Below are positions 51,758 to 64,000 of a stretch of DNA of 64,000 bases, one piece after another. The position numbers and the translations under genes were made by a program. The stretch comes from Callorhinchus milii (taxonomy: Eukaryota). The notes under the pieces are model-generated. The model ran no database searches and had not been told where the DNA came from. It saw only the letters and a list, made by a program, of their open reading frames with translations. Numbering within the stretch: the first letter of the stretch is position 1; every line of letters begins with the position of its first letter. The DNA is taken from contig NW_024704742.1 in the NCBI RefSeq assembly GCF_018977255.1, forward strand, positions 82,276,001-82,340,000, in the 5' to 3' direction.

Positions 51758-52633
51758 AGCAGGAAGAATGGTTGAGCCCCAGGACACTGGACTCATTTAA
51801 CCAAACAGCTTGATTCCATAATGGGAGGATGGTAGATTGGATGTTCTGGGATGAAGAGATCAAATGGATTGAAAGAACTTGCCTCATCCAAACCTCTCTT
51901 GTGAACTAAACAAGAGTAATATGCAATTCAATGTGGTGTCTAACATTGGCTGGAAGCTATACTTTCCATTTTGATTTCAGAACCTCCTCTCACAGAGGAG
52001 GGCCTAGATGATCACCAGATCAACCATGCAGCCCATCAAAAGGGGAGAGATTCCCTCTGGTACTGGATGAATACAAGGCAGACCTTGGGGGTGAAATTGT
52101 GACTGCCATTTCTGATGTCGTTTCCCATTATTGCAGTGGAGAATTGAGTATAGAGGGCTTGTTGTTCTTTTGCTTTTAAGATGATCCACTTGTACAGCTG
52201 TCAGGGTTATATTTAGTTTAATTTTAATTTTGCCATTTGCGTTTGCAATCTGTATTAAAAGTATAGCATTCAAATAAATTAGTGGGGACGAAGGTTGTAA
52301 TTTACTAATTATGTAGGACAGTAAGGAGATTTTCAAGACAGCTAGTGTTAAGGTTACTTTGGAAACCGAGCAGAAATAATCTGTATTTAAATTGCAAAGC
52401 TGTCTGAAACAGCAATGCTAGACATGGAGATTTACATTGAAGGGGGAAGATTCTACAGCAACAGAGTCAACTCACAAAACAGTCTCATACAATGACACAA
52501 ATTTGGAAACCTGGAATTTATGTAGTCTAATCTGACATTCCAATGCAACTATAGAGTTGTTCTGCATTGTAATAAGTGTCATCCTTTGGATGAGACATTA
52601 AACCAAGTTTCTGTGTGCCTCGTGATCGTTAAA

Positions 52634-53704
52634 TCCACCTGCGACCAGGGCTCCCTCTGCCTTCTCATCCTTCTTGACTTCTCTGCTGCCTTCGATACCT
52701 TTGACCACTCTATCCTCCTCCACCACCTCTCCCCTAAACCTTCATAGTTCTGTCCTTGATTATTTCAGATCCTACCTCTCACACCATCTCCACTTCTTCT
52801 CCAAAAATGGTTTCTCCTCTAGCCCCTGCACCAACACATGCAGCGTTCCTCAGGGCTCTGTCTTTGGTCCCTTCTCTTCAATATCTATAAGCTCCCTCTT
52901 GGTAACATCATCTGCAGACATGTGGTCAACTTCCACATGTATGCGGATGACACACAACTCTATCTCTCTGCCCCAGAATGTCTGTAGAGACATCAATTCC
53001 TGGATGAGAGCTAACTTTCTAAAGTTGAACGTCAACAAGACCGAGGCTCTCCAGATTGGCTCCCGTCAGCGTCTCCACATCTCAGGCACCGATAGCACCA
53101 CCAACCATGGATGCACACTCCACCTTACTAAGCCAGTCTGGAACCTTGGGTTCTTGTTCAACCCTTAACTGTCCTTTCTACCCCACATCCGTGCCATGAT
53201 CAGCACTGCCTTCCCCGACTTCCGCATGCAGCTCCACCACTGCCTCACACTTCAGGCCGCCGAGACCCTCATACACCCATTCGTAACATTCAGGCTCAAC
53301 TACGCAAACTCCCTGCTTGTCAGCCTCCCCAACTCCTCCCTCCACAGGTTGCAGATTATCCACTGCAGCCAGTGTCCTCTCCCGCAACAGGCTCAGCAAC
53401 CCTATCACTCCCCATCCTCACTCGACTCCACTGGCTTTCCATCAAACAAATGATACAGTTCAGCCATTTTGCCTCCACCCTCTGGAAATCTACCCTGCAG
53501 TCCCTCCGCCTCGTCCCCTCCCTTGCTCCTTCAATAACCGTCTCAAGACCCTACTCTTCAACGATGCTTTCGGTCACCCTCCTTCCCTCCCCTACCCTCC
53601 ATCCTCCCCAATCCTGACCCCCAGCTCAGGTCTGAAACACTGATTGTCCAGTGCCTTGGGATGTCCTCCCGAAAGGTACTATCCAAGTGAATTTTGTTGT
53701 TATT
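52634..53704 (+). mobile_element. L2 RT-to-tail fragment nested in a Deu-domain SINE (SINE halves ~52525-52633 and 53705-53960)
   Basis: [10 protein letters not shown], atgtatgcggatgacaca (YADDT), SWMRANFLKLNVNKTE; GTTAAA on both flanks. Confidence 0.9.
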
Positions 53705-56624
53705 GTTAAAGATCCCATGGCACAATTCAAAAAGACAAGGAAGTTTCTCCCAGTATCTTGGACAACCATCTCCAAAGCAAAATTTGTCACTTACTCCATG
53801 GCTGTTTGTGGGAAATTGCTGTGCGCAAATTAGTTGCCCGCATTCACCCACAAACACAATCATTCTACTTTACAATATACCTGTGAACAGCTTTGAGATG
53901 TCCAGGCTCAGATGCAAAATGCATCAGTTTAAGATGTTTTGACAATGTGATGAGATGCTATATTAAAAGACAGGACCCCTTTTTATTATTTTGGAATTCT
54001 TGATGTTATAATCTCTCATCTCGAACCTGTGAACAAAGAATTGACCAGATAGAATGAAACTTTTGCTGATGGAATAATTATCACATAGAAAGATGTACGG
54101 TTGGTGTTCTGGAAGGATGAGATCAAATAGGCCGAAGGGCCTTCCTTCATCCAAATTTCTCGTGATCTTATTATTTGTTACATCACATTAGGAGTGAGAG
54201 CCTAGTCAAGATATGGGTTCGGCTGTTAAAAGATGCAGTAGCAAGAGGGCATAAATTGAAGATTATCATGGAGGAGGTTTGGGGAGGAATTAAAGGGGAT
54301 GTTAGAAAAAAATATTCACTTGGGGAGTGTGATTAACAAGTGCAGTTCTCTTATTTTAAAGGAGAGTCCATGACTTATTTCAAGAGGGAGTTATTTGATT
54401 GTTGAAAAGAGTATAAATTGGGAATGAGGAAATGAGTGAGATTAGGCTGGATGGATCCTGTGGAGAAAAACACCAACTGAAGAGCCGACTGATCTATCTC
54501 CATACTGTAACGGTCCATGATTCTATCACTCATGACATGTTCACACTGCAGCGTATAACACTACAACGTTAGTACTGGTAACAACACAAAGCAGGAAAAC
54601 AATGAGAGAACATGATGTTGCTTCCAGCTACTTAATCTTACTGACAGAATTAAACACTCTAAGTAGTGTTGGTGGGAGCATTGGAACTCTGCTGTGCCAA
54701 CTCAAAGTTTGACCCGCAAATAATAAGATGAGCTTTTTGTTCTTTGCCTGCAGCCTTGATCGCACACGGTGGGACTGTGGATTTTGATCAGCCTCGAGGC
54801 TACCCTTTTCCAGCGCACAGCAAATCATATAACTGGTCTGTTCTGCAGGATTGAACATGGATATTGCTGCCAAAGGTGACAGCCAAAGATGTGCACTGTT
54901 ATAGCAAATGACGTCTTACTTTCACAACACTGTTTTGATATGAACACTGAGGTATCATCTGGGCAATTACAAACAGCCAGTGACTGACTGAAAGCAGTTT
55001 TAGAACCATTAAACTATAATAAAACCCAGCACAAAAGAACGCTATTCAGCCCATTGTATCTATGCTAGTTTTTTTAAAAAGCAAACCTTTCAGTCCAATT
55101 TACCTGCCCTTTCCCCATCTCCCCGTAGTTCCTTTTTAGTTATTTATCGAATTCCCTTTTTGAAAACCAATATGGATTCTACTTTAGCCACTGCTCCCAG
55201 CAGAGCGTTCCATATCCTAACTTACTGTTGTATTTGACCCACTGTAATCCTTTGAATGACTAACTGTGAATATTCATGAAACAAATGGTTTTCTCTCTTT
55301 CAGGAGGAAACCAGAACTGACCTCCAACCAAAACGTAAGCTAGACTGTTACAAGAGTGCATGAATTACCAACAGGAAACTGGCACCCGAGTTAGCAATGA
55401 AAAGCTTCATCTTCTGGTAGGTCAAACCCTGTCCATTATTGTCTTTCAGCATTTAACAACCCATGGCACATGCCAGTGTTAGAGTCTGGAAAAGACCATC
55501 TGTGATCTACATGACCACAACCAAAGTTGATTTTTAAAAAATATTAACCATGTCATTTATTTCTGCAAATACTTATTGAAATAATCACCATTCCAAGTTG
55601 CCCTCTGCAAACAATTCACTTTTTATTGTGCAAGGAAACTCCTTCCAACATGGATATTCTCTATCTTGAAGAAATTGTCTTTACATTGACACCTCACTAC
55701 AGATACTATTTAGTGGTGTGTCATCTCATACTACTGGGAGATACAATAACATATTGGACACTCAATGAGTCAAATGAATGACTAAAAAGTTATTAAAATG
55801 CACCCCAGGATTGATATCTGTGAAATATTATAATGCTAGAGATTGCTGTATACTTTCACTGTTCTAAGGTACAATGCCTGTATTTGTATTGAAACGGAAC
55901 TTGACATTTGACTTGCAGTTGAGATGGGCTATATTTTCCTGTGCAGTTTTTTTTTTCAAAGGGCTTTAGTTCAAAACCCAGCCAATTCCAGGCAGCCTGA
56001 CACTTGAAATGATTGGATAAATCCGCATACAACATTGGCATTATAGAAAGTAATGATGATGTATGTTAGCTTAGACTCTGAATATACTATAATATTAAAA
56101 CAATGGGTGAGAATTTATTTTTTGATTCGAGGAAAAATACAATGAAGAATATTAAACCCTAATTGATAAATGTGGCTTAAGAATGATTAATATATATAAT
56201 ATAATAATAATAATAATATTATTAAGAATAATGTGGGGCAAAGAGGAAAAGGGAGCTTTTCATTCAGACTCTCTTATTTTATCTGTTGTCATGTTTGCTG
56301 TCAGTTTTACAAAAGTTACAGAAATATTATCTGAAATAAATCAAAGATTTATTTATTTCACTTTATGAAATTCCATAATATAAGTTTTTTGCACTCGGCA
56401 AGAGACAACTTTTAGAAATGATTTCAACAATTGTCAAAGTTTTTAATTACATTTTTGGTGAATGGATATTTTGGGAGTGGGAGTGATGGTGCTATTAAGT
56501 GAGCAAACGTGCAGCAAAAGATGTAACTCCTTAGACCTGGTGTCTTTAAATTGAGCAACTTTTCTGAAAATAACAGTGAAATGTCATTTTGTATTGCTGA
56601 GAGCTACAACAGCATATAGTAAAA

Positions 56625-56710
56625 CAAAACACAAAATAATGCAGATGCTGGAAATCTGAAACAAAAACAGAAGTCGCTGCGAACGTTCAGCAGATCAGGC
56701 AGCATCTGTG
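56625..56710 (-). mobile_element. Penelope-like terminal fragment
   Basis: gcagatgctggaaatctgaaacaaaaacagaagtcgctg...cagcagatcaggcagcatctgtgg, homologous to 20725-20805. Confidence 0.75.
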
Positions 56711-56783
56711 GCCCTGCTGGGAATCGAACCCAGGTCCTCTCGCTTGCGAGGCAAGTGCTCTCACTACTAAGCTATAGGACTCC
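56711..56783 (-). mobile_element. SINE family A head only (tRNA-Ala-like)
   Basis: Minus ggagtcctatagcttagtagtgagagcacttgcctcgcaagcgagaggacctgggttcgattcccagcaggg. Confidence 0.85.
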
Positions 56784-58119
56784 ACAAATGTTAAGTCATA
56801 GTGATAATAAACATAAAATATAAGTTTCTTATAAGTATTCAAAAAAATAGGTCAAGATATGTTCCAGGAACACAGTTCAGCCACAATATAAGTACTTCTA
56901 ACTTGAATCTGTTAATTGTACAACCCAATGTTCAGTACATAAAAATATGAGCTGACTCTAAAAGGGGTATACTAAAGTTGCAAATATCAGATAAAAAAGG
57001 GAGAGTAAGGTCTATTTTATATAGATTGTTAAAACACAAAATCAATTCCAACTTTATAAAATGTTAGCGTAAAGAATATTGTTTCTTTGCAATCAGCCTA
57101 AAATAACCCACTCTCAAAATAATATGTTTCAAGACATCACGTGGCAGTCTCTCTGCTATATGGTGAAACCAATTCTTTCATTTCGTCAAATGGCACTGGT
57201 GCATTGAGGCATTAAGATTGGATCTGAATCACTGAAACTAGTGAATCTATGAATGGAGTGCTCAAGGAGATGCCTTGGCAGAAACAGATTGTGTCAGTAA
57301 TGAAAGGGGGAATTGATTTAACCAAATAATTAAATTATAGGGCATGAAGGATGGAGTAATGTGGATTTTATCTTTTTCCTGAGATCAGGGGTGATGAGAA
57401 TGATGGCAGAACGTCACTGCACTCACCTGGTTATCAATTGTATGGAATATTGCACCCATTGCCTTTGGTGATGTTGGCCTTTAATGGGAATTCCCATTAG
57501 GATTTCTCTGCTTTGAATTTCCATCCTGCTAGTAGATAGAGGCTAGATTGTGTGTAACAGAAAGTAAGTAGTAGTCTTCTATCACATTCTGAAGTAAAAC
57601 ATATCAGGGTACGCATTCTCATGAAGCTGAAGTTAGGCAAACTATTATTAATAATGATAATAATAATTAATCATTCCATATGATACAGTGCCTTTCACGT
57701 CAGAAAGATGTCTGAAAGTATTTCACAAGATTCACGGTAAAATGTAGTGACTGTGAACCTTTGTAGGCGAATGCAGCAGCCAATTTATGAATAGAAAATG
57801 AACAATTAAAGGACACAATCAAGCCTCATAATAATATTAAACAGCCAGGGTTTAATTTCCTCTCAGCAGAACTATGAACAATGTTATTTGTCACTTCTCT
57901 TCAAACCACAGGGCATAGATATTACTTTGAGGTCCTTTAATGGAAATGCTGGCTTCATTTCAAATGGATAACTATATCAAAGCAACTTTTAGCAATGTGG
58001 AAGTTTAGCACAAATTTGGTTCTCAATCAAACAGCAAGAATACAGTATTTGAACATTAATGACATGTAGATGATTTACTACCCATTTTTGCAGCAAATTT
58101 CTCCCATTTTGGTAACATG

Positions 58120-58500
58120 GTGTCATCCTAGCTCAGTTGATGGCACTTTTTCCTCTGAGGCAGAAGGTTGTGTGTCAAAGCCCCATTTCAACAATTTAAA
58201 GTCAATCTAGGCAGACGTTCCAATGCAGTGCTGAGGATGCACTTCATGTCAGAGGTGTCATTTTTCTTGAGACTTTAAACCAAGCTCTTGTCTGTGCCTG
58301 TTCTTGTGGGCGTTAAAGACTGTTGTCACTATTCGAAAAAGGAGGGGAGTTTTTCCTGGTGTCCTGGTCAACAATCCCCCAAATAAACATGTTTGTCTAC
58401 AAAATACACAGTCACCACACTTCATAGTATATCCTGTGAAGTCATCGAGATGTTCTCTTTACATGAAAAGTGCTGTATGAAATGCAATGTTTATTGTTAT
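58120..58500 (+). mobile_element. Deu-domain SINE (family B)
   Basis: gctcagttgatggcactttttcctctgaggcagaaggttgtg...ggtgtcctggtcaacaatcccc...; L2-type tail. Confidence 0.8.
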
Positions 58501-59309
58501 AATATAAGAGGTAGCAATAGGACAAGGCCATAGAGAGATTTGCAACGAGGGTGCGGATCTTGAATTAGGCCGGGAATGAGCCAGTGGTATAAACCCAGGA
58601 TTGGATTACAGTTATCTCATACTTTGTATTCCAGCAACTATTATTTATTTACTGTTTCTGCATCTTTGTGTGTTTAGAACTGCAAATTATTTGGGATAAA
58701 AGCAAAATAAAATGTATAGGAGATTATTGTGTTTCTGTTGCAGTTTTGTTTGACCTGCAAATTAAAACTACAATACACATAACTTGAACCTCAAGAATAG
58801 GCACAAGTCTGGGGCCAGGTGCACTATTTTGGACATCTCTGATGCATTTCCAACAATCACTTGGGGGTTCTCTTATTCTTCTATGTTTCCTGCAAATGCA
58901 GCAAACTGGTGCGCAGTTAACACTTCAGCAATCTACAAGCAACAGCTCGACAAAATGCTGCTGGCGTATTCTAATTAGCACATTTGCAGAGGGTGCCTCG
59001 CTACAGTTGTGAGATGATAATACCGAATGGAGAGGAAGAGAGAAGGAAAAAACTTGTTTTTTTGTTGCCAGAATTCTGTAGAACCTATTAGTTTTAATTA
59101 TATGTTACTGAATTATACAGAAATAGATAACTGGAGCTGCGACAATGTTGTGCCAATATTCAAGATTATTTAAAGCTGCATCAACTGATTTTTGCTTCGG
59201 AAGAAGTTTCATTATATCAGTGGTTAAATACATCGGGAACATAAGTCACTCATTGACAATGATGCTTTTACTTTGGGATATTTTTTCAGTGCACGTGAAG
59301 CAAATTAAT

Positions 59310-59570
59310 ACAATAATAATCCTTCCATTTGATATAGAGCCTTATCCCTTCATTGAGACATTTCGAAGCGCTTCACAGAATACACTATAAAGTGAATTGA
59401 CTGTATTTTGTGGGCAAAACACGGCAGCCAATTGCACACAGCAGTGGCCCACAAACAGTCATTGGTTGACTGACCAAACTTTTTTTGTAAAGATTATTTC
59501 CCCCAGAAAGCAATCTGCCAATTGACTAACAAGCAGGTTCCTACTTACTCCTAGGGAAACAGAAATTCAC
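59310..59570 (-). mobile_element. SINE family A, headless 3' part
   Basis: Reverse of tail, Deu-like block and CORE 3' half (ttcctacttactcctaggg). Confidence 0.85.
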
Positions 59571-59789
59571 ATGAAACTCAATGCGATCAAACAGCAATAT
59601 TTGCTCAAAGCATCTGTTCCCCAGAAGCTACTTGAATACAAGTGTAAAATAATTCACAACCTACGTAGGTTGATGCCGCACAGGCAATGGCAGAATGGAA
59701 ATTATGAACATAGCGCTTCAGTTGATTATTTTGCAAATTACAAATTAGGTCAATCCAGTGAGTACCTGATGCTTTCTGTTCAAAATAGC

Positions 59790-60062
59790 ACAAATACCAG
59801 CCTGCTTTGTGTTCCCAGCCCTGTTTGCCCCCATTGACAGGCAGACCTTCAGCCATTCTGCCTCCATTCTCTAACACTCCATCCCTCTGACTCGCTTGCT
59901 GCAAACCCTCGTTCAAGTTGTGTCTCAAAACATACTTCTTTGACTGCAGCTTTTGATCATCTTTCCCTTCTCCACTCCCCTGAGGTCCCACCCCCAGGTC
60001 ACATGCTTGCTGAATATTAAGGGCTTTGTTAATAGGACATGAAAAGTGCTATATAAATATGT
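59790..60062 (+). mobile_element. Old L2 3' fragment
   Basis: cccattgacaggcagaccttcagccattctgcctcc...ctcaaaacatacttctttgac...gacatgaaaagtgctatataaat. Confidence 0.7.
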
Positions 60063-60794
60063 GTATAGTCTATTGCATATAATGAAAGAAAATCTATTTT
60101 TTTTCTCAAAGAACCCTTGTAAAAGTAACATTCTTTCTATTCACTATTGAAGCGGTATGTCTGCGAACCTTCAAGAATTCCAATGGAGTTTTAATCGGAT
60201 CATATTCCAAACCTGTGAAGCCCACAGTTGAAATCATTGGTATTCTACGTGTAACTTGATTGTGGATCATATCACTGCATCTTCATAGAATCATAGAATT
60301 ATACAGCACAGAAGGAGGCCATTTGGCCCATTGTATCTGTGCCAACTATTTGGAAAGAGCTCTCCAATTCAATCCCACTCACCCGCTCAAGAATCTTCTT
60401 GATGAAGTGAGACAGCAAGTGTGCTGTAAACCATTACACAGTTACGGACCTAGTGTTTGATGCACTGAAAGTTGAGAATTGAAAACCAATATAAATTTGG
60501 AAGTGACTGATATTCCCGTCTACGTGAAACTCATTTGCAATTGTGCAAAGGTAGATTTATGAGCTGGGCCTATAGAAAAGTGCAGCTGCAATTTTTCCAC
60601 GGAATCAGCTATAAACAGCTCCTTCTGCTAAAAACTCTAAAAAGATTTTGGCGCCTGGGCCTCTGTGCGCTGCTGCCGACTGTTTACTCAATGCTACTGA
60701 GGGTGGAGCGGTTCAGGACATGCATGCACAGCACGCCGTGAGTGGCAAATAGGCTTCACTCCACTCCCAAGCACCACTGTTGAGATTGTCTAAT

Positions 60795-61145
60795 TCTCTC
60801 TCTGATTCTCTCTCTCTTCTGTAATTATGTGTTTGTGAGTATCTCTGTGTGTGTCTCTCCTTTATGTGCGTTTGTGTGTGTTTATGAGTGTCTCTGTGTG
60901 AATGTGTCTGTACGTCTCTCTCTCTTCTGTCAGTATGCGTATGCATGTCTGTGTATGTCTCTCTCTGTGTCTGTGAGTGTATGCCTGTGAGTGTATGTGT
61001 GTGACTCTCTCTGAGAATGTGTGTAACTCTGTGAGTGTGAGTCTTTGAGTGTGTGTGTCTCTCTCTGTGTCTGTGTCTCTTTCTGTCTGTGAGTGTATGT
61101 GTGTGTCTGTGTGTGTGTGTGTCTCTCTCTCTCTTTGTCTGTCTT
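60795..61145. repeat. Compound (TG)n/(TC)n low-complexity tract
   Basis: Directly visible; it explains the HT/RE-rich spurious ORFs at 60713-61198 and 60930-61181. Confidence 0.95.
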
Positions 61146-61611
61146 AGTTTTAGCCCTAACTTTGAGTGTTGCTCTGAGCACCTCTCACAATGACACAACT
61201 GGACAGCACTCTTGTCATGTGTTCCATTGGTAGCAAGTGAAACAAAGAAAACAGCTGTTTTACAGTGGGTCGCTCAGAAGCACCACTCAGCTGGACTGAG
61301 CCACGGCAACATGCACTGTTTGCTGAGAGAATAGGAATACATTTGAATGTTGCTTATTGTTTTGGAAGAGCAAATTTTAAATCTTAGGGACAAGGGATTA
61401 TTGAGGTGTATTGCGATTTATTTCATAACAAATTCCATCGACCTGAGGTATCTCAACTTCAGAGTACTGTCCACCACATTTTCAGACTGAGATTCCTGCG
61501 GTTTGTGTGACGTACTCCCGGCCTCCTGAAGGGAGCGACAATTTGGCTAATAAAGATATGGGATCTGTGTATTAAAACAATAAAATACAATTTGTGGTGT
61601 ATTGTATTTTA

Positions 61612-61780
61612 ATGGTTAGCGCACTCGCCTCGTAAGTGACAGAGCCTAGGTTTGAATCCCGGGCAGGGCGAAACATTGGGCAAGTTTCCTCACTCCACCC
61701 ACCTCTGTTTACCTAGCAGTAAGTAGGACCCGGTTGTTAGTTGATTGGCAGATTGATATCAAATGCAAGGATTATTATTT
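61612..61780 (+). mobile_element. SINE family A with the central/3' block deleted
   Basis: Head and CORE-like block, then ttggcagattg joins directly to atatcaaatgcaaggattatt. Confidence 0.85.
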
Positions 61781-62569
61781 ACGTTCATATGTAAGCATCT
61801 TTGATGCCAGGATAACATTTCATAGCGCTTGACAATGCTGGATAAGGTTGACAAACACCCAAAGAGCTTCTTAAAGGGGCAAGCCCTTTCAAATTTTTCA
61901 GTGGTCAGAATAAATTGTCAAAGGAGCACTCAGGTTTATGCAGAGTGTCCCGCAGGAGGAAGGAAACACACCTTCGTGCTAAGGTAAGATTTACAAAATC
62001 ATAAGATTAATTATCATTTAAGTTGACAAACTCTACAATTCTCCAATTCAGACCAAAGTGCTGCTCTCAGTATATTGAAGCCTGGGAGGCTTTAATTATA
62101 TTTCATCCTGTTTCCTGTATCAGTTGGAGGCATCAGGTTGTAAGTGAGGAAAGGACAGTTTTTTGCAGATTGTGAGTTGAACAAGATGGTGAAGACCACT
62201 GATGAGTAAATCATTCTAAAGATCAAGCCTTTTACAAGGAGGTGTGAAATGTGGTTTAAAATCAAACACTTAGGAGCAAATAACAGTTTTCAGGACATTG
62301 GAAGACAGCAGTGGTGACTAATCATAGGTTGGCTGTGCATTCCTTTCCCATCACTGTGGTCACACGTTCTGACTCCCTACAGAGATCAAAATGATTTTCC
62401 TTTTCATTTCTTCTTTTCCTCCTCTCCTGAGACACTGATTCAATTCCACAAGCAATAACAACAACAACTTGCATTTATATAGAGCCCTTCACGCAGCCTG
62501 GAGTCCCAGAGTGCTTCACAATGGCAGAGTCTGACAGGGGGAGAGAAAGCGGGGAGGTGACCTTAATGT

Positions 62570-63155
62570 TGAAGCTGACCGACCAGCAGTAATTTCGAGA
62601 CTTTGAGCTCACAGTTCAGACTCAGGCTCCAGCATAGTGCTTAGGGGAACACTGCATTGTTGGAATTGTCACCTGGAACTCCCTGCCTGAATCTCTCTGC
62701 CTTGCCTTTTCTGTATCTATCTTTAAATCCCACCATAAGATCTACCTCTTCAATCATGCCTATGGTCACCTCCCCCTTCTCCCTTGCTCGGTGTCCAATC
62801 CCACCAATGGAAAGTGCTCTGAGACCTTAACCTATCTGAAGAGCACTATGCTGTCGTTTGGTGGAGATATTAAGCTGATGTCCCATTTCCCTGTTCAGGT
62901 GGATGTTAAAGATCCCATGACACCGTTCGTAAAGAGAAAGGAGTTTCTCCTGGTGGTCTGGCCAACAATCCCCCAAATAAAATTGATCACTAACTTCATG
63001 GCTGATTGTGAGACATTGCTGTGCAAATTGGTTGTTGTGTTGCCCACAAAATACACAATCACTACATTTTGCAATATATCCCGTGAAGCGCTCTGAAACA
63101 TCTCAACAACATGGTGAGGTGCTATTTCAAATCCAAGGGTTATTATTCATTATTA
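62570..63155 (+). mobile_element. Deu-domain SINE (family B) interrupted by an L2 3' fragment (~62670-62850)
   Basis: actgcattgttgga...[cctggaactccctgcc...gtgctctgagacc]...ctgttcaggtggatgttaaagatcccatgacacc...; tail. Confidence 0.8.
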
Positions 63156-64000
63156 GCTAGGAAGCCTTTTCCTGCTACCAAAAAATGTATAAATGTACCA
63201 AGAAATGTATAATTTCTTGGTATAATTTCTTTGGCAACAGGCACTAAGCTTTCAATTACAGCAATAGCATTTTGAATGTAATAGAAACTCACAATGTCTT
63301 TCTCGAGGCACTGCTTCAGCTCCTTTCATTTTCTGTTTGGCTCTAGATGATCTGAAATCCCATAAGCCTTCTGCTCAGAAAACACCAACCCACCCAACAG
63401 TTAACTTGTTGTACATCACAGAGTAGATCATCCAAAACAGATCTTTAAGTGGGTTAAAAAGGACATAACACGATCATTCAAGCTGAGTCTTGACTAAACA
63501 GAACTCAATAGGCAGGGATGCACTGTACAATGTGCACAGCTTGGTGCTTATCGATCTCAACGCAGAGACAATCTGTCTGCTCAGTATATCCTGTAATATT
63601 CTTTGAGACATCCACCCAACATGAAACACGCTACACTAAATGCAAGGTTTATTATGCCTATTGTGGTGTATGGTCTGATACTTAGAATACTGTACTGAGT
63701 TGGAATATTTATGTCTCTTCGCAAACTTGCTTTGTGAATAGGAAGTAATATCTTGTATCAGCTTGTTTAGACTTCATGAGCTAATAATTTTGCAACTGCA
63801 AATATTAGTATACAACAATCACCCTTACGGATGTTGAGACATTCTGTTTTGCTGTTTGTGAAGATGGTTCTCATTTTGTGCTTAAGAAAAAACATTTCTG
63901 TGTTAATTACTAAGTTATTCTCTGCAGGGTCAGTCAGAAATTAATTGATCAATATTCCCAATCTTGCCTCAGAGTAAATTGAGTGTGCAATGTGGAGAGG

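Noticed and set aside
56711..56783. tRNA-Ala gene
   Set aside because: It matches the SINE family A head, has no proper acceptor stem, and has a mutated D arm.
60713..61198. 161-aa His/Thr/Arg-rich ORF
   Set aside because: It is a translation of (TG)n/(TC)n low-complexity DNA.
1..64000. CRISPR arrays, operons, rRNA or prokaryotic defence systems
   Set aside because: The DNA is vertebrate repeat-rich sequence; the recurring motifs are irregularly spaced SINE/LINE tails, not repeat-spacer arrays.

Overview
This is vertebrate non-coding DNA, roughly 40% GC with CpG depletion. It is very likely from a cartilaginous fish, probably a holocephalan; this is inferred from the repeat repertoire only. 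I can support no host protein-coding exon, so the window looks like a large intron or intergenic tract. It is densely filled with decayed non-LTR retroelements. There are three long L2-clade LINE copies (15.6-18.8 kb +, 35.9-39.2 kb -, 49.4-51.8 kb +) and many L2 3' fragments with two tail types. A CR1 copy at 0.27-1.56 kb has lost its whole RT core, and there are Penelope-like remnants. Two tRNA-derived SINE families (a tRNA-Ala/CORE-like family and a Deu-domain SacSINE1/AmnSINE-like family) share the L2 3' stem-loop. Every protein-like ORF in the supplied track is a LINE remnant. The most notable observations are: (1) a decayed minimal hammerhead ribozyme in the Penelope end; (2) a near-complete, apparently ORF1-less L2 with a YxxxxL-phi (eIF4E-binding-like) peptide ahead of the endonuclease; (3) a ~115-bp templated copy of a nested-insertion junction pasted into the RT active-site codons; (4) stepwise SINE subfamily evolution, with an internal deletion followed by a tail switch to a partner L2; (5) a covarying LINE/SINE tail hairpin; (6) an unexplained direct-repeat-bounded element at 45.9-47.6 kb; and (7) a small CpG-rich promoter/first-exon candidate at 39.8-40.0 kb. 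Boundaries were read by eye and are approximate.
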